DNA of 64,000 nt from an uncultured Aliarcobacter sp. (GTDB taxonomy: Bacteria > Campylobacterota > Campylobacteria > Campylobacterales > Arcobacteraceae): contig OY781945.1 in assembly GCA_963677435.1 (NCBI GenBank), forward strand, positions 2,816,001 to 2,880,000, given 5' to 3'. The notes beneath the pieces are model-generated. The model was not told the DNA's origin and searched no databases. It saw only the letters and a program-made list of their open reading frames with translations. How positions within the stretch are numbered: the first letter of the stretch is position 1; each line of letters opens with the position of its first letter. This document shows, one piece after another, positions 20,875 to 32,220 of the stretch. A program made the translations under genes and the position numbers.

Positions 20875-22107
20875 ATGTTTTTTCTAAAACGCGATTATTC
20901 TAACAAAAACTTCATAATAAAAGGCTTCATCAGCTCTATTTTATTAAGTTCTTTCATATATTTGAGTTATTTTAATATTGAATTTAAAATTTTAAATACA
21001 ATTTTAGGACTCTTGGCTTTATATTTTTTATTAATTATTCCTAAAAAAGCACTATTAATAAGTGGTTTTTTTACTGGAGTTTTATGGTGTTGGTGGATGG
21101 CAGTTAGCCTTCAATATTATGATTTAGTTTATTTAACACCTGTTATTCTAATCTTTATAGGTATTGTTTATGCAATAATTTTTTATCTTTTTGCTTTTTT
21201 TGATAGATTAACTTTTAGAATTTTAACAATTTTTGCATTTACTTTTTTTGCACCATTTGGTTTTAATTGGATGAAGTTTGAACTTTTATTTGTTGATTCA
21301 TATATTGGTATTAGTAAACTTGATTTTTTTCTTGTATTAGTAACTTTTTATTTTATAATAAAACTAAAAAGATTTAAAGTATTAGCAATTATTCCTCTTT
21401 TATTTACTTTAAATCTACCAAAAGGTGAATATATTCAAAATCCAATTGCAAAAATCTACATGCCACAAATGAATGTAGATCAAAATTTAAGATGGGATAA
21501 AAAGTATAAATCAACATTAGATGAACAAAACTTTGAACAAATAAATAACGGTATAGACTTACAAAAAGATTTAGTTGTTTTACCTGAAACTGCATTTACA
21601 ACTGTTTTAAATAGAAACGAAGTTCTACTTGAAAAACTAAAAGAATTATCATATAAAATCGATATTATAACTGGTGCTTTATATGTTGAAGATAGTCAAA
21701 TATATAATGCTTCTTACCATTTTAGTAAAGGAGAAGTTGAAATAGCTAAGAAAGTAGTTCTAGTTCCTTTTGGAGAAGAGATTCCTTTTCCTAAGTTTCT
21801 TGTTGATTTTATAAATAAAATTTTTTATAATGGAGCGCAAGATTACTCAAAAGCTAGTGCGCCAACTGATTTTACAATCAAAGGTGAGAAATTTAGAAAT
21901 GCAATTTGTTACGAAGCAACTACAGATAAGATATTTGAAAACTTAGGTGATACAAAATATATGATTGTTATTTCAAATAATGCTTGGTTTACACCTTCAA
22001 TTGAGCCGACTTTACAAGATATTCTTTTAAAGTATTACTCAAGAAAATATAATATAAATATCTTCCATGTTGTAAATGGAACTGATAATAAGATTTATCG
22101 ACCATAA
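20875..22107 (+). CDS. lnt: Apolipoprotein N-acyltransferase
   Basis: Multi-TM N-terminus; nitrilase triad VLPE, K..LVPFGE, ICYE; ISNNAWF. Confidence 0.93.
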   Translation: MFFLKRDYSNKNFIIKGFISSILLSSFIYLSYFNIEFKILNTILGLLALYFLLIIPKKALLISGFFTGVLWCWWMAVSLQYYDLVYLTPVILIFIGIVYAIIFYLFAFFDRLTFRILTIFAFTFFAPFGFNWMKFELLFVDSYIGISKLDFFLVLVTFYFIIKLKRFKVLAIIPLLFTLNLPKGEYIQNPIAKIYMPQMNVDQNLRWDKKYKSTLDEQNFEQINNGIDLQKDLVVLPETAFTTVLNRNEVLLEKLKELSYKIDIITGALYVEDSQIYNASYHFSKGEVEIAKKVVLVPFGEEIPFPKFLVDFINKIFYNGAQDYSKASAPTDFTIKGEKFRNAICYEATTDKIFENLGDTKYMIVISNNAWFTPSIEPTLQDILLKYYSRKYNINIFHVVNGTDNKIYRP

Positions 22108-22116
22108 ATACTAGAG

Positions 22117-23928
22117 TTAAAAATAGTAAGAAATTCCTATTTTAACTCTTTTTTTATCTTTTTCATACAAATCATCATTTATATATTTTACATTTAATGC
22201 AGAATTTTGTTCTAATTTATAAGTTAAGAATAGTTCAATTTGATTATTTTCTAAGTCTTTATTATATTTATCATAAGAGTAAGCTGCTCCTAGTTTAAAA
22301 TCTTCAAATCTATTTGTAATGAAACCTAAAGTTGAACCAGCTGAATATAATTGGTCACTATCTTTATAATAAATATTTGAACCAATCATTATATAAACAA
22401 AATCTTTTTCATCTCCAAAAGTAAGCCCTGTTTCTGGTTTAATTTTTAAGTAATCACTTTTGTCTTTAAAATGTTCATATCCTAAATCAATTCCCCATGA
22501 TATTGGCTTAAAGAACATATCTTGAGGTGCTAATGATTTTATTTTTAGTAAAGTAAATTTATCTAGTTTTATCTTTTCATCTTTTTCTTTTTTTATACCT
22601 AAATCAAAAAAATCAATATACGCTCCAGATAAATAACCATCACTAATATCATAAATATCGTTGTAAACTGGTTTAGCACTTAACTCAAAACTATCACTTG
22701 AATCATAAAACATAGAAACTCTTGCAGAATCGTGAGAATATAATGGATCAAAAGGAGTTTTAATATCATAATTTGAAGCACTATTATAAGCACTTCTTTG
22801 TTTTAATAATTTTAAATATTTACTTAAATACTCTTTTTTATCATAATCATTATTTGCTCTTTGATATTGTAAATAAGAGATTTTAAAATCCAAATAAGAG
22901 ATTTTATCTTCTTGGCTTAGGTTTTCATTTAAGAGTTCATCTTTATTTACAAAACCTTTTAGATACTCTTTATTTTGTATTTTTTCATTTAAAATATTTT
23001 TCATCTTTTTCATACTTGAATAACGATAATTTGATGATTTTATTAGATTATATGGTTTTAAAATTTTTATAGAATCTAAAGGAACTGTTTTAAAAGTAAA
23101 ATGACTAACTAAATCTAAGTCATCTCTTGCAACTTCTAATAACCATAAAATATTGTAAGAGCAATTCTCTTTAAAAAAGAAATAATCAGAATATGAATCT
23201 TTTAATTCGTAAGCGTGTAAAACTAATCTATTTACTTCTTCTTGATTTAAATTTAAATCATACTCCCAAATATCCCTTTGCTCTAAATTATTGTACTCTT
23301 TTATTTTTTCATAATATGGCAAAATTGAATATCTTCCCTCATACTTTCCAAACAAACCTTTATAAGCAAAAATCAATCCATTTGTGTCATCAGTTTTAGC
23401 AGCATAATTAACTGCATTTGAGATTAAAGGTGTATCATCATTTGATGAAACTCTTAAAAAAGTATGTCCGTACATTGAAGCGGGAGAATTTATATGAGCT
23501 GTTGGGAAAACCATTGTTACATGTTTTGCATTCATAGCCTTTATGTATTCATCTAATTTAGGGCAAGAGTAAGAGATTATATTTTTTTCAAGTTGGGGAA
23601 TATTCTCTTTTAACCAACTAACTCTTAATGGAAATCTGCATATTACATCATCTTTGCCACTTTCTAAAGAGTTTATAGTTTCAAATAACTCTTTTTTTAA
23701 ATCAGTTTTTCCATCTTTTGATATAAAAAAGTTATTTGAATCTACTTCACTTTCTCCACTTCTATAATGAAGAAGTTTTGCCCAATAGGGATTTTTATAA
23801 AGTTTTGTTTGTTCAATAAAAGAGTTTGTAGATGAAGATGCGAAACAAGAAGTGAAAAATAGAAAAGTAAGTAAAAAATACTTACTTTTTCTATTAAAAA
23901 AATTACATATATTTAGCAATTGAATCAA
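22117..23928 (-). CDS. DUF4105 / Lnb-N-terminal-like domain outer-membrane protein (start uncertain)
   Basis: YWAKLLHY, CRFPLR, SMYGHTFLR, QRDIWEY.LNL, YFFFKENCS; C-terminal beta-barrel-like end (GISYYF). Confidence 0.75.
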   Translation of the reverse strand: MIQLLNICNFFNRKSKYFLLTFLFFTSCFASSSTNSFIEQTKLYKNPYWAKLLHYRSGESEVDSNNFFISKDGKTDLKKELFETINSLESGKDDVICRFPLRVSWLKENIPQLEKNIISYSCPKLDEYIKAMNAKHVTMVFPTAHINSPASMYGHTFLRVSSNDDTPLISNAVNYAAKTDDTNGLIFAYKGLFGKYEGRYSILPYYEKIKEYNNLEQRDIWEYDLNLNQEEVNRLVLHAYELKDSYSDYFFFKENCSYNILWLLEVARDDLDLVSHFTFKTVPLDSIKILKPYNLIKSSNYRYSSMKKMKNILNEKIQNKEYLKGFVNKDELLNENLSQEDKISYLDFKISYLQYQRANNDYDKKEYLSKYLKLLKQRSAYNSASNYDIKTPFDPLYSHDSARVSMFYDSSDSFELSAKPVYNDIYDISDGYLSGAYIDFFDLGIKKEKDEKIKLDKFTLLKIKSLAPQDMFFKPISWGIDLGYEHFKDKSDYLKIKPETGLTFGDEKDFVYIMIGSNIYYKDSDQLYSAGSTLGFITNRFEDFKLGAAYSYDKYNKDLENNQIELFLTYKLEQNSALNVKYINDDLYEKDKKRVKIGISYYF

Positions 23929-24340
23929 TAACAGTAGCAGAAGTTACATTTTCACTTGAATAAATACTAGTGAAATTTGCTTGTAATTTTGAAGAGAATG
24001 CAGCGTTGTCTTCAACATTCATAAGTTTTGCAACAGTAGCCAATGTTTCTCCATGACCTGCTGAAATATCTAATGCTAATTCATCCATATTTTCAGCAAC
24101 AAATCTATTTAATTTGTCATTAGATACATAACTATTTGGTTTAGAACAGTTTGATGTTCCACTTGTAATTCCAAAAGTTTGACTTCCTGAAGTTCCGTTT
24201 GTTGTTGCAGCTAATACTTGTAAAGCTACCGTATTTTGTTTTTTAATTACAATTGAACCTAATCCACAACCTGTGTTGTCATTTGCATAGATTGATGTTG
24301 TTAGTCCAAGAACAGCAACTAAACTTAAAAATTTTTTCAT
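23903..24340 (-). CDS. DUF3015-family secreted protein
   Basis: Signal peptide, GCGLGS, ATTNGT..QTFGITSGTSNC, DISAG.GETL. Confidence 0.85.
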   Translation of the reverse strand: MKKFLSLVAVLGLTTSIYANDNTGCGLGSIVIKKQNTVALQVLAATTNGTSGSQTFGITSGTSNCSKPNSYVSNDKLNRFVAENMDELALDISAGHGETLATVAKLMNVEDNAAFSSKLQANFTSIYSSENVTSATVIDSIAKYM

Positions 24341-24420
24341 GTTTTCTCCTTAAAAGTTTGATTTATTCTATTGTATTTTTTTTAAAAATCACTTAAAAAA
24401 TAACAAAAAAATAATTTATT

Positions 24421-25818
24421 TTAATATTTTTCTTTTATTCTATCAATAAGTAACTCTTTTTCTAGGTTTTCATCTAACTGTAAATCAAAAGCAAATTCTA
24501 AAATCTCTTTAAACTCTTTTGAAGGTTTAAAGCCTAAAGCTATTAAATCTCTTCCTTGGATCAATGGTTCTATTGCCTTATTTTCTATATTTAACTCTTT
24601 TGCTTTTTCTAAAAGCCAAGAAGTTGCCTTTGGACATTTATCTTTATCTAAAATAGTTCTTCCTAAACAATCGGCCAAACAAACTAAACATAAATCTTCA
24701 ATATTTACTTTTAATGATAATCTTTTGATAGCTTTTAAAGATGATTCTGCCAAATATAGTTGAAAAGGTGCTAAATGATTTTTCACTAAAGTACAAACTA
24801 TTTCTATAAATTTTTTTTCATTTGTGAGTTTTGATAAAAAAGAGATTGTTGGCTCTATTCCTAAAGATTCATGTTTATGTGAAGTTATTTTTCCATTAAT
24901 CTCTTGGGTACAAAAAGGTTTTCCAAAATCATGGCAAAGAATTCCGTAAAATAGGTATAGTTTTCTATATTCATCTTCTATATTTTCTTCTTTTAAAATT
25001 CTAGCCATTTCATCAATACACATCATCGTATGAATCCAAACATCACCTTCTGGATGATACTCTTTATCTTGAATACAATTTATCAAAACTTCTAATTCAG
25101 AAAAATATTTTAAAATGCCTAACTCTCTCATTAGTTCAAAAGCAATTGATGGTTTTGATGATTTTAAAAAGAGTTTTTTAAACTCTTCATAAATTCTCTC
25201 TTTTGGTAAATACTCTAACTCATTACTTAAAACTATTTGTTTGCAAAGCTCTTTTGTTTTCTCTTCTAGTTTAAAATTAAATCTACTAGCAAAACCAACA
25301 GCTCTATAAACGCGTAAACTATCTTCAATAAAAGTCTTATCGTTTATATGTTTTATAGTTTTATTTTTTAAATCTTTTATTCCATCAAAGGGGTCTAAAA
25401 ACTCTTTTTGTGAAAAATCGTATCCTATTGCATTTATAGTAAAATCTCTTCTTAAAGCTGCCTCTTTGAAGCTTAGTTTGGCATTTGTTGTTATTTCAAA
25501 GTCTTGGTGAGTATTCCCAACTTTTTTTTCAGTTCGAGGAAGTGCAAAATCAAAATCATATTCATCAACGCTAAGAGTTAATACTCCAAATGATTTTCCA
25601 ACTAATTTAACAGAACCATATTTTTGTAGGCATTTTTCAATTGTTTCAAAGCAGTCTATTCCAAAGATTTCTACATCATAATCTTTTACAGGAATATTTA
25701 AAAAGTGATCTCTTACACTTCCACCTACTAAAATTGGAGTAGAGCCAATTTTTTGTAGGTCAGTTAAAATCTCTTCTAAAATAGAAGGTAGATTAAATTT
25801 TGTTATAGTGGTGTACAT
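24421..25818 (-). CDS. cca: CCA-adding tRNA nucleotidyltransferase with HD domain
   Basis: LVGGSVRD..KDYD, RRDFTINA, HPEGDV..HT, CHDFGK; likely start MYTTITK. Confidence 0.9.
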   Translation of the reverse strand: MYTTITKFNLPSILEEILTDLQKIGSTPILVGGSVRDHFLNIPVKDYDVEIFGIDCFETIEKCLQKYGSVKLVGKSFGVLTLSVDEYDFDFALPRTEKKVGNTHQDFEITTNAKLSFKEAALRRDFTINAIGYDFSQKEFLDPFDGIKDLKNKTIKHINDKTFIEDSLRVYRAVGFASRFNFKLEEKTKELCKQIVLSNELEYLPKERIYEEFKKLFLKSSKPSIAFELMRELGILKYFSELEVLINCIQDKEYHPEGDVWIHTMMCIDEMARILKEENIEDEYRKLYLFYGILCHDFGKPFCTQEINGKITSHKHESLGIEPTISFLSKLTNEKKFIEIVCTLVKNHLAPFQLYLAESSLKAIKRLSLKVNIEDLCLVCLADCLGRTILDKDKCPKATSWLLEKAKELNIENKAIEPLIQGRDLIALGFKPSKEFKEILEFAFDLQLDENLEKELLIDRIKEKY

Positions 25819-26653
25819 CTTGTTGAGGATATGGAATTGAAATACCCTCTTTATCAAATGTAGTTTTTATTGATTCAGTTAAAGCAAATTTCACATCCCA
25901 ATAATCAGGTGTTTTAACCCAAGCTCTAACTACAAAATTTACCGATGAATCTGCAAGTTCACCTACAGATACAGTAATACCTTTTTCAACTAAAACTTTT
26001 TCATTTGATTTAATAATTGAATTTAAAACATCTTTTGCTTTTTTAATATCATCCCCATAACCAATACCAACAATTAAATCAACTCTTCTTGTATCAAAAG
26101 CATTTACATTTGTGATTGTTCCACTTGTAATTGCTCCATTTGGAACAATAATTTTTTGATTATCACCTGTTATAAAAACAGAATTAAAAATGCCAACTTC
26201 ACTCACAGTTCCAGTAACGCCAGCAGCTGTAACAAAATCCCCTACTTTTAAAGGTTTGAATAAAATAATCATAACACCTGAAGCAAAATTTCCTAAAGAG
26301 TCTTTTAAAGCTAAACCAATAGCAAGACCAGCTGCTCCAAGAATTGCTAAAAATGAAGTTGTTTCAACTCCTAGTTTTCCTAAAGATGTTAAAAGAACAA
26401 CAATCATTAAAGCGTAATAAACGATATTCTCTAAAAATTTAATTAGAGTTTCATCCATTCCTTTTACTTTTCTTAAAACTTTTCCAAATAGTTCAACTAT
26501 TTTATTAACAGCCCATTTTCCAATAACAAAAATTAATAAAGCCATTAATAATGAAAAAGTATAACTGCTAATAATTTCAACAATATTATCTGGAATATAT
26601 GATGTTATACTTTTTGTTATTCCATCTATATTTTTTTCTAACTCTTTTTCCAA
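25793..26653 (-). CDS. mscS: Small-conductance mechanosensitive channel
   Basis: LGAAGLAIGLAL..NFASG, GDFV..GTV.EVG, IPYPQ. Confidence 0.93.
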   Translation of the reverse strand: MEKELEKNIDGITKSITSYIPDNIVEIISSYTFSLLMALLIFVIGKWAVNKIVELFGKVLRKVKGMDETLIKFLENIVYYALMIVVLLTSLGKLGVETTSFLAILGAAGLAIGLALKDSLGNFASGVMIILFKPLKVGDFVTAAGVTGTVSEVGIFNSVFITGDNQKIIVPNGAITSGTITNVNAFDTRRVDLIVGIGYGDDIKKAKDVLNSIIKSNEKVLVEKGITVSVGELADSSVNFVVRAWVKTPDYWDVKFALTESIKTTFDKEGISIPYPQQDVHHYNKI

Positions 26654-26668
26654 ATTTTCTCCTATTAT

Positions 26669-28372
26669 TTAATTAATTAATTCAATTATTCTAGAAACTA
26701 CATCTTCAATTTTTACATCTGTTTTTTCTAAAGTTTTTCTATCAACGATTTCTACAAATCCATCTGGCAATTTTTTACCAATTACAACAGCATAAGGAAA
26801 ACCAATTAATTCAAAGTCTCCCATTTTAAAACCAAATCTAGCATTTATTCTATCATCTAAAAGTACTTGAACTCCAGCTGCTTTTAAATCTTCATAGATT
26901 TTTTCACCAGCACTTGCTTCTTCTTCTTTTTTAGAGTTTGAAACAATAATGTCAACCATAAAAGGTGTTGTCTCTTTTGTCCATAGACAACCTTTTTCAT
27001 CATGGTTTTGCTCAATTACAGCTGCTACTAATCTTGAAACTCCAATTCCATAACATCCCATAACAAAAGGTTTTGCTTTTCCATTTTCATCTAAAAAGTT
27101 TGCATTCATAGCTTGTGAATATTTTGTTCCTAATTGGAAAATATGCCCTGCTTCAATCCCTTTTGTATAAGATAATTTTCCACCACAACAAGCACAAATA
27201 TCTCCCTCTTGAACAGCAACTAAATCCGCATAATTTAATTCTAAAACAGTTAAATCAACACCTTTTAAATGGTAATTTTCTTCATTTGCTCCACAAACTA
27301 AATGGTTTTCTCCTTGTAGTTCATTATCAACTACAACTTTTACATTTTTAGGTAAATCAATAATTCCACAATATCCAGCAACTAAACCAGCATCTTTTAA
27401 ATCATCTTCATTAGCATCAGCTAATTCTAAAGCAGCAACTGAATTACAAGCTTTAGTCTCTTCTAATTCATCACAACCTCTTACAAAGAAAACAACTATT
27501 TGTGTTTTATCTTCATAAACAGCTTTTTTGATTACAGCTTTAATTGAATAATATGAATCAGCATTTAAAAAAGTACTAACTTCGTCTATTGTTTTGCAAT
27601 TTGGAGTTTCGATTTTTTCAATATTAATTGTTTCTAATTTCTCTTTTGTTACAGCTTTTCTAGTTGCTGCTTCAATATTAGCTCCATAATCACAAGAATC
27701 ACATACAACAATTGTATCTTCTCCTGAATCGGCTATTACATGGAATTCTTTAGAACCACTTCCACCAATTGCACCACTATCAGCAGCAACAACTCTAAAA
27801 TTTAAACCAAGTCTTGTATAAACTTTTTTATAAGTCTCTTCCATAAGATTAAATTCTCTTACTAAATCTTCAGGGGAAGAGTGGAAAGAGTATCCATCTT
27901 TCATTAAGAATTCTCTACCTCTCATAAGACCAAATCTAGGTCTTGCTTCATCTCTAAATTTTGTATTTATTTGATAAAGATGAATTGGTAAATCTTTATA
28001 TGAAGTGATTCTATTTTTTACCATATTTACAACAGCTTCTTCATTTGTAGGAGATAAAACAAAATTTGTATTTTTTCTATCTTTAAATCTTAAAAGCTCA
28101 TTTCCCATTGTATTTGCTCGTCCTGATTCTTCCCAAAGAGATAAAGGAGTTACAAAACCAAATTGAACTTCATTTGCTCCTGCTTTGTCCATTTCATCTT
28201 TTACAACAGCTCTGATTTTATCTAAAACAATTTTTCCCATAGGCATAAAATCATAAATTCCAGCTCCTGTTTGAGCAATAAATCCAGCTCTTAATAAAAA
28301 TTGATGTGATGGCAATGTCGCATCATTTGGTGTTTCTTTAGTTGTTGGGATAAACATTTTACTAAATTTCAT
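26669..28372 (-). CDS. proS: Proline--tRNA ligase
   Basis: [38 protein letters not shown]. Confidence 0.98.
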   Translation of the reverse strand: MKFSKMFIPTTKETPNDATLPSHQFLLRAGFIAQTGAGIYDFMPMGKIVLDKIRAVVKDEMDKAGANEVQFGFVTPLSLWEESGRANTMGNELLRFKDRKNTNFVLSPTNEEAVVNMVKNRITSYKDLPIHLYQINTKFRDEARPRFGLMRGREFLMKDGYSFHSSPEDLVREFNLMEETYKKVYTRLGLNFRVVAADSGAIGGSGSKEFHVIADSGEDTIVVCDSCDYGANIEAATRKAVTKEKLETINIEKIETPNCKTIDEVSTFLNADSYYSIKAVIKKAVYEDKTQIVVFFVRGCDELEETKACNSVAALELADANEDDLKDAGLVAGYCGIIDLPKNVKVVVDNELQGENHLVCGANEENYHLKGVDLTVLELNYADLVAVQEGDICACCGGKLSYTKGIEAGHIFQLGTKYSQAMNANFLDENGKAKPFVMGCYGIGVSRLVAAVIEQNHDEKGCLWTKETTPFMVDIIVSNSKKEEEASAGEKIYEDLKAAGVQVLLDDRINARFGFKMGDFELIGFPYAVVIGKKLPDGFVEIVDRKTLEKTDVKIEDVVSRIIELIN

Positions 28373-28388
28373 TGATTATTTTCCTATT

Positions 28389-29687
28389 TTAATTTTTTGT
28401 TAGATGGTCACATTTGTATTTTTTTGGTATGTTTGATTCTTTATTTAATGCAAACATATTTTGAACAGTTGAAACAACTAAATCACACTCCATATTTTTT
28501 GAAATATCTTTTAATTGTTTTGATGGATTATGTAAATATTCTGTGATTACTGTTTGACAAAGTTTTCTAATATTTTCTTCTTCCTCAGCTCTTATATAAC
28601 CTTTTTTTATGGCATTTTTAACTTTTTTATCGATAATTGTGTCACCTTTTATATAAAGGTTTTTTACAACTGGTTCTATTTCTAAAGATTTTAACCACTC
28701 AAAAAATTCCATTGACATTCGACTTACTATTCCATAAGCAGTTTTTGCTTGTTCAGCTCGTAAACTCATGTTTTCATTTACAATATCTTGTAAATCATCA
28801 ACAGAAAAAATTTCTAAACCACTTAATGAGATATTTTCATCAATATCCCTTGGAACTGCAATATCAAACCAATATCTATTAAAAGAAGCGCTTGGAGCAT
28901 TTTCTTTTGTGATTATTGGATATGGAGCTGAAGTTGCTGTTATCATAACAGGTACTTTTGCTAATAAATTTGTTAGTTCACTATATGGTTCAACATCAAC
29001 TTTTACTTCAAAGGTACTAGCTAAATTTTGAGCTTTTTTCATATCACGACTTGTAAGAACTACATCAAAACCAGATGAAATCAAGTGTTTAATTGTTAGT
29101 TCACTCATTTCACCAGCACCAATAACTAAAGCTTTTACACCTTTTGTATTTCCAATAATTTCTTTTGCTTTTGCAACGGCTGTTGAAGCTACAGAAACTG
29201 AACCAGTTCCTAAACTTGTTGCATTTCTAACATTTGCAGCACATTTAAAAGCATAATGCATAACTCTTGTTATATTTGTTGAACAATGTCCTTTTGCTTG
29301 TGAAAATCTAAAAGCATCTTTTAATTGTCCAACAATTTGTGTTTCACCAATTACTAAAGAATCCAAAGCAGATGCAACTGAAAAAAGATGATGAACTGCT
29401 CCATCATTATCGTAAATATCAGCTCTATCATATAAAGTATCAAAATCTAAACCTGAATATGCTGATAGTTTTTCTATAATATTTTTAGCACTACTTTTTA
29501 CATTTGAAGATCTAGTAACTATTTCAACTCTATTGCAAGTTGATAAAACTACAGCCTCTTTTGTATTTTCGTTTTCTAATATTTGTCTTAAATATCTATC
29601 TTTATCTTCTTCGCCATTAAAAGCTAGTTTTTCTCTCATTTTTATATCTATATTTTTGTGAGAAAAACTAATTACTAAATAACTCAT
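28389..29687 (-). CDS. hemA: Glutamyl-tRNA reductase
   Basis: STCNRVE, LDSLVIGETQIVGQ, IGAGEMS, DIAVPRD. Confidence 0.97.
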   Translation of the reverse strand: MSYLVISFSHKNIDIKMREKLAFNGEEDKDRYLRQILENENTKEAVVLSTCNRVEIVTRSSNVKSSAKNIIEKLSAYSGLDFDTLYDRADIYDNDGAVHHLFSVASALDSLVIGETQIVGQLKDAFRFSQAKGHCSTNITRVMHYAFKCAANVRNATSLGTGSVSVASTAVAKAKEIIGNTKGVKALVIGAGEMSELTIKHLISSGFDVVLTSRDMKKAQNLASTFEVKVDVEPYSELTNLLAKVPVMITATSAPYPIITKENAPSASFNRYWFDIAVPRDIDENISLSGLEIFSVDDLQDIVNENMSLRAEQAKTAYGIVSRMSMEFFEWLKSLEIEPVVKNLYIKGDTIIDKKVKNAIKKGYIRAEEEENIRKLCQTVITEYLHNPSKQLKDISKNMECDLVVSTVQNMFALNKESNIPKKYKCDHLTKN

Positions 29688-30587
29688 TTAAAACTCTCTT
29701 TCTATCATAGCTTTCATAATCATCACAAGAGTTTGGCTATCTTTTTCATCAATTACCGCATTAATTGCTTCGTTTCCGATAGCTTTAGCTTGTAAAATTG
29801 AATCATTTAAAGCATTTGTAATATTCATTTGCTCTTTTATCCAAGTACTCTCATCTTGTGTTAACTCTTTTTTATATAAAGACTCTAATTTTATTTTATC
29901 TTCAACTCTTTCGTGAAGTAATAAATATGGAATTGTTACTTTTCCTTCAACAAAATCTAACATTGCTGGTTTTCCTAAAGTTGCTGAGTCTTGTGTAATA
30001 TCTAAAATATCATCTACCATTTGAAAAGCAAGTCCAAGATTTTTACCATATAAGGCATATTTATCAACATCTAGTCCAGCTAAGATTGCAGCTGCTTTTG
30101 CTGATGCTTCTATTAGAGAAGCTGTTTTTTTATAAATCATATCAAGATATAAATCATAAGATTTATTAAAACTATTTGTTAAATCAACATCAATCATTTC
30201 ACCAATACTAAGAAGTGTTACAGCATTTGCAATAGTATAAGCTACTCTTTTATCCATTTGTGAAAGTTCAGTAAAAGCACGTGAGTATAAAATATCTCCA
30301 AACATAATAGAAGTTTTATTATCATAAAGTGCATTAACTGATGGCTGACCACGTCTTGTATCTGCATCATCAATTACATCATCATGCAAAAGAGAAGCTG
30401 CGTGAATCATCTCAACAACAGCACAAAGTTTAATACTATCTTCATTTATTCCAGCAATTTTCAAAATAAGTTTAGAACGTAACATTTTTCCAGTTGCTAA
30501 CTTATCTAAAAGTTCTAAACTTTTTTTGTCATTACAAACTTCTACAAATTTTTTTATTTGTTCTTTTACTTGTTGTAACTCTTCCAC
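29688..30587 (-). CDS. ispB: Polyprenyl diphosphate synthase
   Basis: GKMLR, LLHDDVIDD..RRG, AFQMVDDILD. Confidence 0.9.
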   Translation of the reverse strand: MEELQQVKEQIKKFVEVCNDKKSLELLDKLATGKMLRSKLILKIAGINEDSIKLCAVVEMIHAASLLHDDVIDDADTRRGQPSVNALYDNKTSIMFGDILYSRAFTELSQMDKRVAYTIANAVTLLSIGEMIDVDLTNSFNKSYDLYLDMIYKKTASLIEASAKAAAILAGLDVDKYALYGKNLGLAFQMVDDILDITQDSATLGKPAMLDFVEGKVTIPYLLLHERVEDKIKLESLYKKELTQDESTWIKEQMNITNALNDSILQAKAIGNEAINAVIDEKDSQTLVMIMKAMIEREF

Positions 30588-30596
30588 TTTTAAACC

Positions 30597-30899
30597 TTAT
30601 GAATCTAATCTACAGATTATCTCACCTGTAAATTCAACATAAAGACCTTTTTTCATAGCTTTTACTTTTTCATAGTTTTCTAAAGTGTACTCTTTGATAA
30701 AATCATTTATATCAAAGTTTTCATCTTTGCCTTCACTAATTATCATTTCTAAAACAGCTAATTTTTCAACGATTTTATCAATCTCTTCTTCAACTATATC
30801 TTTTGAAGCTTCTCTTGAAACATCAAAAAATTTTGATTTTGGACTTCCCATAAAAATATCATCTTCATCTTCACTAAACCAATCTTTAAATGTTGACAT
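30597..30899 (-). CDS. DUF2018-family protein (Campylobacterota-conserved)
   Basis: DIFMGSPKSKFFD pattern; located between hisD and ispB. Confidence 0.75.
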   Translation of the reverse strand: MSTFKDWFSEDEDDIFMGSPKSKFFDVSREASKDIVEEEIDKIVEKLAVLEMIISEGKDENFDINDFIKEYTLENYEKVKAMKKGLYVEFTGEIICRLDS

Positions 30900-30924
30900 C
30901 TATATTCCTTTATATTTTCTTTTA

Positions 30925-32220
30925 TTATTTGTTTTCTAATCTAACTCTAACAGCTTTTGCGTGAGCTGTTAATCCCTCAGTGTCAGCTAATAGCGCACAT
31001 GCTTCACCTAATTCATTTATTGCATTTTTTGAAAAATTGATAATTGAGCTTTTTTTCATAAAATTTTCTACATTTAAAGGACTATAAAATTTAGCTGTAC
31101 TTCCTGTAGGAAGAGTATGATTTGGACCAGCTAAATAATCACCTATTGGTTCAGGAGTATTTTCACCTAAGAAAATTGCACCTGCATGTTTAATAAATGG
31201 TAATAATTCAAATGGATTTTTTGTCATAACTTCTAAGTGTTCAGGAGCTATTTCATTCATTAATTCAAGTGCTTCTTCCATTGAAGAGGCAACTATAATT
31301 GCACCTCTATCTTCAATTGATTTTCTAGCAATCGTTTCTCTACTTAAACTTTTTAAATACTCTTCAACTTCATTACTTGTAAGTTGTGCAACTTCTTCAC
31401 AAGTTGTAATCATAATTGAACTTGCCATCTCATCATGTTCAGCTTGAGATAATAAATCTATTGCTAAATAGTGAGGTTTTGCTGTTTCATCTGCAAGTAT
31501 TCCAATCTCACTTGGCCCTGCAATCATATCAATATTTACTTCACCAAAAACAAGTTTTTTTGCAGTTGCAACAAAGATATTTCCAGGACCTGTAATTACA
31601 TCAACTTTTGGAATAGTTTGCGTTCCATATGCCATTGCAGCAATTGCAGATGCACCACCAACTTTATAAGCTTTTTTAATTCCACATAAGTGACAAGCAG
31701 CAAGTAAAAGTTCATTTACTTCATTATCAGGAGTTGGAGTACAAACAACTATCTCTTTTACACCTGCAACAATTGCAGGAATTGCATTCATTAAAAGTGA
31801 GCTAGGATAGGCAGCTTTTCCACCTGGAATATAAAGTCCTGCTCTATCAACAGGAGTTACTTTTTGTCCAAGAATTGTTCCATTTGATTCAAAATCTATC
31901 CATGATTTTGGAAGTTGTTTTTCGTGATAAGTTTTAATTCTATTAAAAGCTATATGTAAAGCATCTCTTAATTTTTCATCAATATTGTCATAGGCTTTTT
32001 TCATATCATCTGGATTTATCATTAAATCAATATCAGATTTAACTTCCCATTTATCAAATTTTTCAATATGTCTTATTAAAGCTGTATTTCCCTCTTGAAC
32101 AATTTCATCAATAATATTCATAACAATTGTTGAAACACCTTTGATATCACTTTTAGCTCGGGCTAAAATTCCATCAAATTCTGATTTAAAATTTACATCT
32201 TTTGTATTAATTATTTTCAT
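30925..32220 (-). CDS. hisD: Histidinol dehydrogenase
   Basis: YIPGGKAAYPSS, DMIAGPSE, SQAEHD, APEHLE, GPNHTLPT. Confidence 0.98.
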   Translation of the reverse strand: MKIINTKDVNFKSEFDGILARAKSDIKGVSTIVMNIIDEIVQEGNTALIRHIEKFDKWEVKSDIDLMINPDDMKKAYDNIDEKLRDALHIAFNRIKTYHEKQLPKSWIDFESNGTILGQKVTPVDRAGLYIPGGKAAYPSSLLMNAIPAIVAGVKEIVVCTPTPDNEVNELLLAACHLCGIKKAYKVGGASAIAAMAYGTQTIPKVDVITGPGNIFVATAKKLVFGEVNIDMIAGPSEIGILADETAKPHYLAIDLLSQAEHDEMASSIMITTCEEVAQLTSNEVEEYLKSLSRETIARKSIEDRGAIIVASSMEEALELMNEIAPEHLEVMTKNPFELLPFIKHAGAIFLGENTPEPIGDYLAGPNHTLPTGSTAKFYSPLNVENFMKKSSIINFSKNAINELGEACALLADTEGLTAHAKAVRVRLENK

